Below, piece by piece: positions 53,687 to 63,917 of a stretch of DNA of 64,000 nucleotides; the stretch's first letter is position 1, and every line of letters begins with the position of its first letter. Source of the stretch: an uncultured delta proteobacterium. Lineage in GTDB: Bacteria; Myxococcota; Myxococcia; Myxococcales; Anaeromyxobacteraceae. The stretch spans positions 1-64,000 of the forward strand of contig CAWJSR010000002.1 in assembly GCA_963845515.1 (NCBI GenBank). Direction: 5' to 3'. The notes beneath the pieces were generated by a model, which searched no databases, had not been told where the DNA came from, and worked only from the letters and a program-made list of their open reading frames with translations. A program made the position numbers and the translations under genes.

Positions 53687-55000
53687 TCAGGCGTACGCGA
53701 GGGCGTCGGGGATCTTCCTGCGCGCCGCGCGCCGCGCCGGGAGCCAGGCGGCGAAGACGGCGATGGCGACGAGGAAGAACCCCGCCAGGAGGTAGCTGAC
53801 CGGGTCCACCTCCACGCCGAGCAGCATCGGGTTGGCCATCAACCCTGCGTTGTAGGTGAGCCGCGCCCCGTTGATGAGGGCCGTGATGCCGAGCGTGAGG
53901 AGCAACCCGACGACGCAGGCGCTCGCGGAGAGGATGGCCGCCTCCAGCGCGAAGAGCCCCGTCACCTGGCCGCGCACGAAGCCGAGGCTCCGGAGCGTGC
54001 CGATCTCGCGCGTCCGCTCGCTGACGACCTTCACCATCGTGCTGAAGACGGCCATGCCCGCGATGACGACGACGACGACCCCCATGAGGCTCCGGAGCGT
54101 CCGCATGATCCCCATCCCTTGATTGTACTGCTCGCCGAAGTAGGACTGCTGCCAGGGCATGGCGTCGATGGCGAAGCCCTGCGCCGTCGCCGCCGCCGCG
54201 AGGTCGCGGGCGAAGGGCGCCGCCTTCGCGGGGTCGCGCAGGAGGACCGCGTACTGGGAGACGACCCGCGCGTTCCGGAGCTTCTGAGCGAGCGCGAGCG
54301 GCATCATGAGGGCCACGTCGTCCATCTCCTTGCGCCCACCGTCGACGATGCCCGCGACGACGGGCTCGACGGCGTTCACCTGGCCCGAGGCGGTGCTGCC
54401 CATCAGCTGGATGCGCGCGCGGCGGCACTCGAACGGTCGCACCTTCGGGACGAGGAGGCCGTCCTCGCCGAAGGGCGGCTCGGCCGTGGCGGGCTCGCAC
54501 TCCAGGAGCGCGCCGAGCCCCCGCGCCAGCAGCACCGAGTCGCCGCCGGCCTCCTGGAGCGGCTTGCCGTACCAGGCGTCCCACGCGAAGCGGCGGCGGA
54601 GCGCGGCCCCCTCGACCGGGTCGAAACCCCAGCCGACGAACTGGTAGGACGAGCGGCCGTTGCTCGCGATGCCGCCGACGAAGAGGTTCCGGACGCGGGT
54701 CACCACCTCGCCCCCGTGCGCGCGCAGGTACTCCTCCACGAACGCCTGCTCGGACTCGCGGAGGTAGACCGGCGCGGAGTTCCTGGACAGCGACGCGCTC
54801 GCCCCCCTCCCCTCGACGAGGAGCGTCCCCATCATGAACTGCTCCTCCATCATCGCCCCGAGCGCGCCGGCGAGGTGGCTCAGGTAGCCGTTGAAGAGCG
54901 TGATGGCGGTGAAGCCTACGGCGACCGCGAGGGCGGCCCCCACCGAGTGGCGCCAGTTCTTGCGGACGCTGCGGAGGGCGATGCGAAGGAGGACGGTCAT
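53687..55000 (-). CDS. FtsX/LolE-like ABC permease, type B copy 2
   Basis: IALRSVRKNWRHS, ERTREIGTLRSLGF, WLPARRAA; 1+3 TM layout. Confidence 0.88.
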   Translation of the reverse strand: MTVLLRIALRSVRKNWRHSVGAALAVAVGFTAITLFNGYLSHLAGALGAMMEEQFMMGTLLVEGRGASASLSRNSAPVYLRESEQAFVEEYLRAHGGEVVTRVRNLFVGGIASNGRSSYQFVGWGFDPVEGAALRRRFAWDAWYGKPLQEAGGDSVLLARGLGALLECEPATAEPPFGEDGLLVPKVRPFECRRARIQLMGSTASGQVNAVEPVVAGIVDGGRKEMDDVALMMPLALAQKLRNARVVSQYAVLLRDPAKAAPFARDLAAAATAQGFAIDAMPWQQSYFGEQYNQGMGIMRTLRSLMGVVVVVIAGMAVFSTMVKVVSERTREIGTLRSLGFVRGQVTGLFALEAAILSASACVVGLLLTLGITALINGARLTYNAGLMANPMLLGVEVDPVSYLLAGFFLVAIAVFAAWLPARRAARRKIPDALAYA

Positions 55001-55013
55001 GGCTTCTCCGGGG

Positions 55014-56357
55014 TCAGGCGGTGACCGCGGTGAGGAGGCTCGCGACGGGCCGCGCCACGCGTCGGTGGACGGCGAGCCAGGTCGCCGCGAGTGCGAGCGG
55101 GAAGTACGCGGCCGCGGCGACGGCGCAGACCCCCACGCTCGGGATGATCTGGAGCCGCACCATCCCCGCCATTCCGACCGCCTGGAAGCGGATGTCCGCG
55201 GCGCTCACGCCGGCCGCGGCCGCGAGCCCGAGGAGCAGCCCGGCGGCGACGCCCACGAAGGTGAGCGCCATCGCCTCGCGCAGGAAGAGGGCGGTGACCT
55301 GGCCGCGCGTGAAGCCGAGCGATCGGAAGGTGGCCAGCTCACGGGTGCGCTCCAGGACGGTGAGCGTCATCGCGTTGAGCACCGAGAGGGTCGCGACCGC
55401 GATCACGAGGATCCCGATGAAGCCGAACATGACCCGGACGGACTCCATCGTCCCCACGTAGTAGGGGTTGGCCTCCGGATCGTCGTAGCGGCGGACCTCC
55501 GCCGCGATCCCGACGCCGGCGAGCCGGCCGGCGAGGTCGAGCGCGACGGCGTGGGTGTCCCGCTGGTCCCGGAGGTAGACGGAGAAGGAGGTGACGGCGT
55601 CGGTCGAGAGGAGCCGCTGCAGGGTCGGGAGGGACGTCGTGAGGGCCCGGTTGTCCTCGTCGTAGGACGGGGCGCGGAAGAGGGTGGAGACCCGGGCGTC
55701 GATCGCGTTGAGGTCGCCGTCGAAGTCGAGCGCCGCGAGCTGGACGAACGGGTCCGCCTGGATGGACCGGGGCGTGCTGCAGTCGATCGGCGCGCTCCCC
55801 GGGGGCGGCGCGGCGTCAGATGCGTGCTTCTGGAGCGTCGTGGAGAGGCCGACGGCGAGCGCGACGGCGGCCTCGTCCCCGCCGGCCTCGGTGAGCGGAA
55901 CCCCTTCGACTGGCCGGCCGTGCTCCGGCGCCCAGCGCCGGACCTGTGGGTGGGTGAGGATGCGCCGCTCGGTGTCGAGCTCGACGCCGGAGGCGATGAA
56001 CGGCACGCTCTGGCAGCCGTTGCCGGCGAGCCCGATCGCGCGCAGGTAGCGGCCCGTGAGCTCGACGCGCGGGTCGGCGGAGAGCAGCGTGGCGATCGTC
56101 CGCTGCTCCTCCGCTGGGAAGGCGTAGCCGGAGGGCTTCGCCACCGCCCGCCGCAGCCCACCAGGCTTGTAGATGGCGAGGTGGCCGACGTGCTGCAGGT
56201 AGACCGAGTTGGTCCGCACCATCCCGTCCACCCAGTTCGCATAGCCGCCCAGCATGACGACGGCCGCGTACCCGAGCGCGATGGCGAGGCCGGTCGAGAG
56301 GTTGCGGCGCCGGTTCCTGGAGAGGTTCCGCACCGCGATGCGCCAGCCGCCGGTCAT
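55014..56357 (-). CDS. FtsX/LolE-like ABC permease, type A copy 2
   Basis: MTGGWRIAVRNLSRNRRRNL, ERTRELATFRSLGF. Confidence 0.88.
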   Translation of the reverse strand: MTGGWRIAVRNLSRNRRRNLSTGLAIALGYAAVVMLGGYANWVDGMVRTNSVYLQHVGHLAIYKPGGLRRAVAKPSGYAFPAEEQRTIATLLSADPRVELTGRYLRAIGLAGNGCQSVPFIASGVELDTERRILTHPQVRRWAPEHGRPVEGVPLTEAGGDEAAVALAVGLSTTLQKHASDAAPPPGSAPIDCSTPRSIQADPFVQLAALDFDGDLNAIDARVSTLFRAPSYDEDNRALTTSLPTLQRLLSTDAVTSFSVYLRDQRDTHAVALDLAGRLAGVGIAAEVRRYDDPEANPYYVGTMESVRVMFGFIGILVIAVATLSVLNAMTLTVLERTRELATFRSLGFTRGQVTALFLREAMALTFVGVAAGLLLGLAAAAGVSAADIRFQAVGMAGMVRLQIIPSVGVCAVAAAAYFPLALAATWLAVHRRVARPVASLLTAVTA

Positions 56358-56395
56358 GCTGCCTCCGATCGAGTCGTATCGACGCCGGTCATGGT

Positions 56396-57721
56396 TCACG
56401 CGTAGGCGAGGGCGTCGGGGATCCTGGTGCGGGCCGCGCGCCGCGCCGGGCGCCACGCCGCGAAGACGGCGATGGCGACGAGGAAGGCGGCGACCTGGAG
56501 GTAGCTCACGAAGTCCACCGCGAGCCCGAGTGGGATCGGCGTCGCCATGATGCCGGGCCGGTAGGTGAGCCCGGCGCGGTTGACGAGGGCGGAGACGCCG
56601 AGCGTGACGATGAGCCCCGCGGCGCAGGCGACGGCGGAGAGGACCGCCGCCTCCAGGGCGAAGAGCCTCGTCACCTGGCGGCGGAGGAAGCCGAGGCTCC
56701 GGAGCGTGCCGATCTCGCGCGTCCGCTCGTTCACGGTCTTCACCATCGAGCTGAAGACGGCAGCCCCCGCGATCGCCACGACGACCATGGCCATGAGGCC
56801 GCGGAAGGCGCGCAGGAACGCCATCCCCTGCCGGAAGGTCTCGCCGTAGTAGCTCGCCTGCCAGGGCATCGCGTCGATCGCGAGGCCGCGGGCGGCGGCC
56901 GCCGCGGAGAGGTCGCGGGAGAAGCGCTCGGCCCCCGCCGGATCGCGCAGGAGGATCGTGTACATCGTGACGTCGCGCGTGTTGGCGAGCCGCTGGGCCA
57001 GCGCGAGGGGCATGTAGGTCATCACCAGATCCATCTCCGCGCGCCCAGCGTCGGCGGTGCCCACCACCGTGGCCGCCACGGCGTTGACCTGCCCCGAGGT
57101 GGTGCTGCCCATGAGCTGGAGGCGCGGCTGGCGGCACTGGAAGGGGCGCGCCTTCGGGATGGGCAGCCCGGCGGCGGTGTAGATCGGCTCCGCCGACGTG
57201 GACGCACAGTCGAGGAGGCCGGCGAGCCCCGGGGCGAGGAGGACGGAGTCCTCGGGGGCCTCGTAGAGCGGCCTGCCCGCCCAGGCGTCCCACGCGAAGC
57301 GCCGGCGCACGGCGGCGCCTCCGGCTGGCTCGTAGCCCCACCCGTTGAACGGGGTCGAGGCGCGGCCGTTGCTGGCGATCCCGCCGACGAAGAGGGAGCG
57401 GAAGTGGACGGCCACCTCCTCCCCGTGCCCGCGCAGGTACTCGTCCAGGAAGGCCTGCTCCGCGCCGTGGAGGTAGATCGGCTCGTCGTCCGCCGCCTTC
57501 CCGGACAGGACGTCGCTCGCCCCCTTCCCCTCGACGAGGAGCGTCCCCATCATGAACTGCTCCTCTACGATGGCGCCGAACATCCGCTCGATGTCGGTGA
57601 GGTAGCCGTCGAAGAGGGCGATGGCGGTGAAGCTGACCGCGACGGCGAGCGCCGCCCCGGCGGAGTGGCGCCAGTTCCTGCGCAGGCTCCTGGCGGCGAT
57701 GACCAACAGGATCGGCGCCAT
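56396..57721 (-). CDS. FtsX/LolE-like ABC permease, type B copy 1
   Basis: IAARSLRRNWRHS, ERTREIGTLRSLGF, WRPARRAA. Confidence 0.88.
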   Translation of the reverse strand: MAPILLVIAARSLRRNWRHSAGAALAVAVSFTAIALFDGYLTDIERMFGAIVEEQFMMGTLLVEGKGASDVLSGKAADDEPIYLHGAEQAFLDEYLRGHGEEVAVHFRSLFVGGIASNGRASTPFNGWGYEPAGGAAVRRRFAWDAWAGRPLYEAPEDSVLLAPGLAGLLDCASTSAEPIYTAAGLPIPKARPFQCRQPRLQLMGSTTSGQVNAVAATVVGTADAGRAEMDLVMTYMPLALAQRLANTRDVTMYTILLRDPAGAERFSRDLSAAAAARGLAIDAMPWQASYYGETFRQGMAFLRAFRGLMAMVVVAIAGAAVFSSMVKTVNERTREIGTLRSLGFLRRQVTRLFALEAAVLSAVACAAGLIVTLGVSALVNRAGLTYRPGIMATPIPLGLAVDFVSYLQVAAFLVAIAVFAAWRPARRAARTRIPDALAYA

Positions 57722-57723
57722 CC

Positions 57724-58470
57724 TCACCTCACCACGTTGTTGATGTTGAAGAGGCTGGGGGCGTGCGCCTCCGGGCGCGGCGAGGAGAAGACCAGCGTGG
57801 TCACGCTCCCCGTCCCCATCGCGTCCTTGATCGTCATCCGGGACACGAAGTCGAAGGTCTCGCCGCCGACGCGGAGCCGGTTGCCGTACTCGAAGGTGGC
57901 GGTCTTGAAGAGGTCCCCGCCCACCGTCAGGAACTCCGCCTTGAGGGCCAGGTGGCGCCGCCTGGAGACCCAGTAGCGGATCTTGTCGTAGGTGACGTCG
58001 CTCGCCTTCGCGACGAGGTCGAGCCGCCACGCCGGCTCGCCGGCGACGTCGTCCTCTCCCACGATCGCGGCCGAGTAGTCGCGGGCGTAGTTGGTGCTGG
58101 CGATGTCGCCGTTCGAGGCGTCCCCCTGGAAGCGCTGGCGGGCCGAGATCGACACCGGCCGGCGGAGCCCCGGCTTCACGAACCAGAGGGCGCGGTCGTT
58201 GAAGAGGACCAGCTCCCCCTTGTTGCGCGGCGGGGCGATCGTCTCGGCCAGCGCGTCGACGCCTCGCGCCTTCACCATCATGGTCTTCGCCTTCCTGGTC
58301 CCCTCCTCGACCGACTCCAGCTCCACGGTCCAGGTGATCCCCTGGGGCAGCGCCCCGCGGGCGCGGTCGGAGTCGCGCAGGAGCAGGGCCGCGTCGGGGG
58401 CGCCGGCCGGAGCTGCGGTGGGTCCGGCGCCGAGCGCGGCGGCGAGCAGTGCGATGGCGATGGCGGTCAT
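57724..58470 (-). CDS. LolA-like periplasmic 'outer membrane lipoprotein-sorting' protein
   Basis: Signal peptide; PPRNKGELVL, RPVSISARQRFQGDASNGDIA, TYDKIRYWV. Confidence 0.8.
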   Translation of the reverse strand: MTAIAIALLAAALGAGPTAAPAGAPDAALLLRDSDRARGALPQGITWTVELESVEEGTRKAKTMMVKARGVDALAETIAPPRNKGELVLFNDRALWFVKPGLRRPVSISARQRFQGDASNGDIASTNYARDYSAAIVGEDDVAGEPAWRLDLVAKASDVTYDKIRYWVSRRRHLALKAEFLTVGGDLFKTATFEYGNRLRVGGETFDFVSRMTIKDAMGTGSVTTLVFSSPRPEAHAPSLFNINNVVR

Positions 58471-58480
58471 GCGGTCCTCA

Positions 58481-59821
58481 CTAGGCGGTGACGGCGGTCA
58501 GGAGAGCTGCGACGGGCCGGGCGACGCCCCGGTGCACGGCGAGCCAGGTCGCGGCGAGGGAGAAGGGGAAGTAGGCGGCGGCCGCCACGACGCAGACCGC
58601 GAAGGTCGGCTGGAGGCGGAGGGGAGGGTCCCGGCGATGCCGGACGCCTCGATCTCGACGTGGGCCGCCCCGACGGCGGCGGAGACGGCGAGGCCTAGCA
58701 CCAGCCCGACGGCGATCCCCAGGGCCGTGAGCGCCGTCGCCTCGCGGAGGAACAGGCCGGTCACCTGCCCACGCGTGAAGCCGAGGGACCGGAAGGTGGC
58801 GAGCTCACGCGTCCGCTCGAGGATGGTGAGCGTCATCGCGTTGAGCATCGAGACGGCCGCGACGACCACGACCAGGATCCCGATGAAGCCGAGGATCGCC
58901 CAGGTCATCGCCAGCGTCCCCGCGTAGTACGGGCTGGCCACGGGATCGTCGAAGCGGTGGAGCTCCGCCTGGATCCCCGCGCTCGCGAGCTTGCCGCCCA
59001 GGTCCCGCTCGACGGCCGGCGCGTCCTTCGGGTCGCGCAGGTAGACCGAGAAGGAGGTGATCCGGTCGGTGGCGAGGAGGCGCTGCAGCGTCGCGAGGTC
59101 GGTCATGAGGGAGCCCTTGTCCTCCTCGTAGAGGACGGCCCGGTAACGGGAGGCCACCCGCGCGTCCAGCGCGTTGAAGCCCCCGTCGAAGTCGATGGCG
59201 GCGAGCTGCACCCATGGATCGCCGTCTGCCTTCCCCGAGCCGCAGTCGAGGGGAGCCGGCCCGGCGGCGGGCGAGGAGGCCGAGGCGTGCTTGCGGAGCT
59301 TCTTGGCGAGCCCGACCGACAGCGCGACCCTCACCTCGTCGCCGCCCGCGTCGGCCAGGGACGTCCCCTCCACCGGGCGGGAGCGCTCCGCCACCCACTC
59401 CAGCACCCTCGGGTGGGCGAGGAGGCGCCGCTCCACCTCCGGCTCGACGCCGGTCCCGACGAACGGGAGGCTCCTGCAGCCGTTGCCCGCCAGCCCTCCG
59501 CGCCCGAAGGTAGCGGCCGGCGAACTCGACGCGCGGCTCCGCGGCGAGGAGCGCCGCGATGGCGCGCTGCTCCTCGACCGGGAAGGAGAAGGCCGAGGGC
59601 TTCGCGGCGGCGCGGGAGAGGCCGCCCGGCTTGTGGATCGAGAGGTGGCCGATGCGCTGGAGGTAGACCGTCAGCGCCCCCATCCCCTCGTACGCATAGT
59701 TGGAGTAGCCGCCGATGATGACGAGGGAGGCGTAGCCCAGCGCGATGGCGAGCCCGGTCGCCAGGTTGCGCCGCCGGTTCCGGCGCAGGTTGCGGACCGC
59801 GATGCGCCAGCCGCCGGTCAC
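58481..59821 (-). CDS. FtsX/LolE-like ABC permease, type A copy 1 (frameshifts near 59500 and 58625)
   Basis: VTGGWRIAVRNLRRNRRRNL, ERTRELATFRSLGF; clear paralog of 55014-56357. Confidence 0.85.
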
Positions 59822-60519
59822 GCCACCCTCGCTGCGCCGTCCTTCTCGATCAGGCCGTCGCGGATGTGGACGTGGCGAACCACGCGGGCCATCAGCTTCT
59901 CGTCGTGCGTCGAGAAGAGGAAGGTGACCTTCCGCTTCTCGTTCAGCTCGACCATCAGGTCGAGGATCCGCGCGGCCGTCTCGGAGTCGAGGTTGGCGGT
60001 CGGCTCGTCGGCGAGGACGAGGATCGGGCGCGTGACGAGCGCCCGGGCGATGGCCACGCGCTGGCGCTGCCCGCCGGAGAGCTTGTCCGGCGGGTGGCGG
60101 GCGAAGTCGGCGAGCCCGACGTCGGCGAGCGCCTGCGCGACGCGCTCGCGCCGCTCCCCCACCGGGAGCTTCTCGTGGACGAGGAGCGGCAGCTCGACGT
60201 TCTCCTGCACGTCGAGGACCGGCACCAGGTTGAAGGACTGGAAGATGAAGCCGATGCGGCGGTTGCGCAGCCGGCTGCGGTCGTCGTCGGAGAGCTTCGC
60301 GACGTCCACCCCCTCCACCCAGACCTTGCCGGTGTCGGGCTCGTCGATGCATCCGACGAGGTTGAGGAGCGTGCTCTTGCCCGAGCCGGAGGGGCCGACG
60401 AGCGCGGTGAACTCGCCGGGGTGGAGGTCGAGCGACACGCCGCGGAGGGCGGGGACGGTGGTCTCGCCGAGCTGGTAGGTCCGGGTCACGTTCTCGAGCC
60501 TGATCAGTGCTTCGGGCAT
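59818..60519 (-). CDS. LolD/MacB-type ABC ATP-binding protein
   Basis: GPSGSGKST, IGFIFQSFNL, LSGGQRQRVAIARAL, ADEPTANLD, FSTHD. Confidence 0.94.
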   Translation of the reverse strand: MPEALIRLENVTRTYQLGETTVPALRGVSLDLHPGEFTALVGPSGSGKSTLLNLVGCIDEPDTGKVWVEGVDVAKLSDDDRSRLRNRRIGFIFQSFNLVPVLDVQENVELPLLVHEKLPVGERRERVAQALADVGLADFARHPPDKLSGGQRQRVAIARALVTRPILVLADEPTANLDSETAARILDLMVELNEKRKVTFLFSTHDEKLMARVVRHVHIRDGLIEKDGAARVA

Positions 60520-60538
60520 TGAAGCCTCCTGAGTGAAG

Positions 60539-61864
60539 TCACCAGTTGACCGTCGCGCCTGCGGCGAAGGTTGCGCGCGTAAGGCGCGAGAGGGCACCGT
60601 CGGCAGGTCCGTGGGTCGCCGAGAGTGAAGCGAACGCTACGACCGAGTCCGTGGCGTCGTAACTCCCAGTGACGAAGGCGACGCCCGAGCCGTCGGTCAG
60701 CGAGCGCAGGTACCGGGCCTGGATCCGCGTCCGCTCCTGCGGCGGGAGGTCGGGGAGCGAGAGCGAGGCGTAGAGGAGGTGGCGCCCCAGTAGCTCGAAG
60801 CCCGGCGCGAGGAAGGGGTCGAGCCCCGAGCGGTCCCCGGTCGTGAGCAGCGACGCGGCAGCGGCCTGCTCGGCGAGCGCGAGCTGATCGTCGGTCCAGC
60901 CCGCCTCGTCGAAGAGGTACTCGACCCTCAGGTCGTTCCCGTTCTCGAACGAGTAACGGAGCCCGCCGAGCGCCGTCGTCCGGAGCCCACGCGTCTCCAT
61001 GCCAGTCTGCTCGAAGACCGGGGCGAGCGGCGTCTCCACCGGATACCAGGCGTGCCGGCCCACCGTGTGGACGGCGTCGGCGTAGGCCGAGAGGCCGGCG
61101 AACAGGGGGACCGTGGCGTACTCTCCGAACCACCCGCGCGAGAGCGCGGCCGCGCCGGCCGTGATGGCCGCGGAGAGATCGCCAGCGGGCGCGGTGTACT
61201 CCAGCTTCGCCTGCGCCTTCCGCTCGAAGGGCGCGAGCGCCACGAACGCGTCCTCCCCGTTGTCTCCGACCTCGGCGAGGACGACGAGGGACCAGGCCCG
61301 GCCGGCGGAGACGTTGGCGCGCACGAGGTGGCGGCCGCGGACCACGTAGACTGGATCCCGGTAGAACCCGGACGCGTGGAAGATCCGGTTGGAGGGGCTC
61401 ACCAGCTCGGCCGGCCCCCACTGGAAGTTCTGGAGCCCGTAGGAGACGGAGAGCCGATCGGAGACGCGCCACGCGGCGTACCCCTCGATCCACCCGGCGG
61501 TCGCCTCGTACTGCTCCGGCTGCCAGCCGGCGGAGGTCTCCGCCTTCTGGACCTTCAGGAGGAAGCGCGGCCTCGCGATGGCCGTCAGCGCGGCGCCGAC
61601 CTCGAGCCGGAGGTCGGGGCGCAGCTCGGTCTGGACGCCGCCCGCCGGGACCTTCAGGATCGCGTTGCCGGGGTTGACGGGGGAGGCGCGCGCAGAGGCG
61701 CCGCCGACGGCGGTGATCCACTCGAGGTGGCCGCGGAAGGCGAGGGACGGCGTCGCCTCGTCGGGGGCGGGCTCGGCGACCGCGACGGGCGCTGCGTCGA
61801 CGGCCGGCTCCGCGACAAGCTCGGACCCGGCGGCGAGCAGCGCGGCGAGGAGGGACGGGATCAC
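60539..61864 (-). CDS. Putative outer-membrane beta-barrel protein
   Basis: Signal-like N-terminus; alternating hydrophobic strands; GLQNFQWGPAELVSPSN; C-terminal aromatic (ATVNW). Confidence 0.6.
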   Translation of the reverse strand: MIPSLLAALLAAGSELVAEPAVDAAPVAVAEPAPDEATPSLAFRGHLEWITAVGGASARASPVNPGNAILKVPAGGVQTELRPDLRLEVGAALTAIARPRFLLKVQKAETSAGWQPEQYEATAGWIEGYAAWRVSDRLSVSYGLQNFQWGPAELVSPSNRIFHASGFYRDPVYVVRGRHLVRANVSAGRAWSLVVLAEVGDNGEDAFVALAPFERKAQAKLEYTAPAGDLSAAITAGAAALSRGWFGEYATVPLFAGLSAYADAVHTVGRHAWYPVETPLAPVFEQTGMETRGLRTTALGGLRYSFENGNDLRVEYLFDEAGWTDDQLALAEQAAAASLLTTGDRSGLDPFLAPGFELLGRHLLYASLSLPDLPPQERTRIQARYLRSLTDGSGVAFVTGSYDATDSVVAFASLSATHGPADGALSRLTRATFAAGATVNW

Positions 61865-63231
61865 GCGGTCGCCTCCTTCTTCCGGGCTGAGCGGCGCCGC
61901 GCCCCCGGTGGCTCGCTCTCCTTCGGCGCCTCCCAGGCGGGCGCGGTCTTCGTCTCCACCAGCTCGCGCATGATGTCCCCCCAGGGCGCCTCCGCGCCGA
62001 GGTCGGCGAGCAGCGCGAGCCGGCCAAAGGCGGCGCGGTTGATCATGAGCGAGTCGGGAGGCATCGACTGCCGCATCGCGTTGGGGTTCCTGTAGAAGTT
62101 GTTGGCGTAGAGCTCGTCCATGAAGCGGCGCGTGATCTGGAAGGGGCCCCGCGACGCGTAGATGCCGTGCGCGTGGGCCATCGTGCGCCACCCCTGCTCC
62201 CAATCGAACCGCCGCGGGTTGGGGACGAAGCCCAGCTCCGTGAAGCAACGCCGGAACACGACACGATCCCCGTCGAGGATGGCGCGCACGAGCTGCTTCC
62301 AGAGATCGATCTTGGCCGGGTCGGCGCGGTGGACGCAGCCGAAGTCGAGGAAGGTGACCGTCCCGTCCTCCGCGAAGAGGTAGTTCCCTGGCTGGGGGTC
62401 GCCGTTGCAGACGCAGCGGACGAAGCAGGTCTCGAGGCCGGCGCGGAAGATGGCCTCTCCGGCGCGGTCTCGCGCCTCCTTCGAGGCGCTCGCCTTGAAC
62501 CCCCGGTAGTCGAGTCCCTCCACGAACACCATGGAGAGGACCCGCCGCGCCGAGCGCGCCGGAAGGAGGGCGGGGACGGCCGTGAACGGCACCGGCGCGA
62601 GCAGCCGGGCGAAGAGCCGCTGGTTGGCCGCCTCCTGACGGTAGTCGCACTCCTCGCCGATCCGCGCCCGGAGCTCCGTGAGGAGACCGCGAAGGTCCAG
62701 GGGGACGCCGAGGGTACCGAGCCGGAGCAGCGGTCGGAGGAGCGCGAAGTCCTCCCGGATCGCCTCCTCGATCCCGGGGTACTGCACCTTCACCGCCAGG
62801 TCGCGCCCATCGAGCCGGGCGCGGTGGACCTGCCCGATGGAGGCGACCGCGACCGGACGACGCTCGAAGCGCTCGAAGAGCTGGTCGGGCGCGCCGCCGA
62901 GGTCGGCCTTCACGACCTTCGCGATCTCCTCGTAGGCGAAGGCAGCGCTCCCATCCTGAAGCCGCCCGAGCAGCTCCCGCGCCGCGTCGGGCTCCCGCGC
63001 GGGCAGGAAGCTCGCCAGCTGCCCGACCTTCATGAAGAGCCCCTTGAAGGAGCCGAGGTCCTCGACGAGGCTCGCGGCGGACACGAGCGCCGCCGTGGCG
63101 TCTGGCGGCGCGGTCCGACCCGCCATCCGGAGGAGGTGCTGCCAGCCCGCCCTCGCCGCGATCTTCGCCGTGGGGAGCACCCGGCGGCGCAGTCCGCGCG
63201 GCAGCTCGATCAGCTCTCGATCCCGCTTCAT
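61861..63231 (-). CDS. ABC1/AarF/UbiB-family atypical kinase
   Basis: KVGQ (KxGQ), VASIGQVHRA, AVKVQYPGI, EECDY, GDPQPGN, LDFGC. Confidence 0.9.
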   Translation of the reverse strand: MKRDRELIELPRGLRRRVLPTAKIAARAGWQHLLRMAGRTAPPDATAALVSAASLVEDLGSFKGLFMKVGQLASFLPAREPDAARELLGRLQDGSAAFAYEEIAKVVKADLGGAPDQLFERFERRPVAVASIGQVHRARLDGRDLAVKVQYPGIEEAIREDFALLRPLLRLGTLGVPLDLRGLLTELRARIGEECDYRQEAANQRLFARLLAPVPFTAVPALLPARSARRVLSMVFVEGLDYRGFKASASKEARDRAGEAIFRAGLETCFVRCVCNGDPQPGNYLFAEDGTVTFLDFGCVHRADPAKIDLWKQLVRAILDGDRVVFRRCFTELGFVPNPRRFDWEQGWRTMAHAHGIYASRGPFQITRRFMDELYANNFYRNPNAMRQSMPPDSLMINRAAFGRLALLADLGAEAPWGDIMRELVETKTAPAWEAPKESEPPGARRRSARKKEATA

Positions 63232-63882
63232 GCGCGCTTCCCCCTCCCGATCCCGGTCATCAGCAGCTCGAGCTGGGCCTCCACCTGCACCAGCGTCAGC
63301 TCGGGCGACGGGATCACCCCGTTGAACCAGGCGATGAGCCCGAGCATGTAGAGCGAGACGGCCTGGGTCGCCGCCTGCATGGCGTCCACCGACGCGCGGA
63401 CCTCCCGCTTCGACTTCGCGTCGGCCACCACCTCCGCGAGCCGGAGGACGAAGGCCATGGTGAAGGACATCATGGGATACGCCTCCCCCTCCTCCTGGAA
63501 GATCAACTCCTTGAGGAAGACGCGGGAGAGGCGAGGGGTGCGGCCGTAGTAGCGGTAGAAGCGGCCGAAGACGTGCGTCAAGCGCGCGACGAGGGGCGCG
63601 TCCTTCGGCTCGGTCGCGAAGGCCTCCTCCTGGACGGCCGTGAATCTCTTCCTGGAAGAGGTGGAAGAGCAGGTCGCGCTTCTCGCGGAAGTAGAGGAAG
63701 AAGGTCCCCGACGCGACCCCCGCCTTCGCGGCGATGGCGCGCGTGGTCGTCTCCTCGAAGCCCTTCACGAGGAACAGTGAGCGGCCGGCGCGGACGAGGG
63801 CGTCGCGCTTCTTCTCCTTGTTCCGCTCGCGGAGCCCCGCCTCGGAGGAGGCTCTTTTATGACCTCGCTCATTTCTGAGCAT
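63228..63882 (-). CDS. TetR/AcrR-family transcriptional regulator (frameshift near 63640)
   Basis: LRERNKEKKR, KGFEETTTRAIAAKAGVASGTFFLYFREKRDLL. Confidence 0.9.
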
Positions 63883-63917
63883 GGTCAGTTTCTAGGGGAT
63901 CCTTCGCTTGCGGTCAA
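63860..63917 (-). promoter_or_regulatory. TetR operator palindrome and sigma70-like promoter
   Basis: TGACCTCGCTCA-TTTC-TGAGCATGGTCA (63860-63887); TTGACC-N17-TAGAAA on minus strand. Confidence 0.6.
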
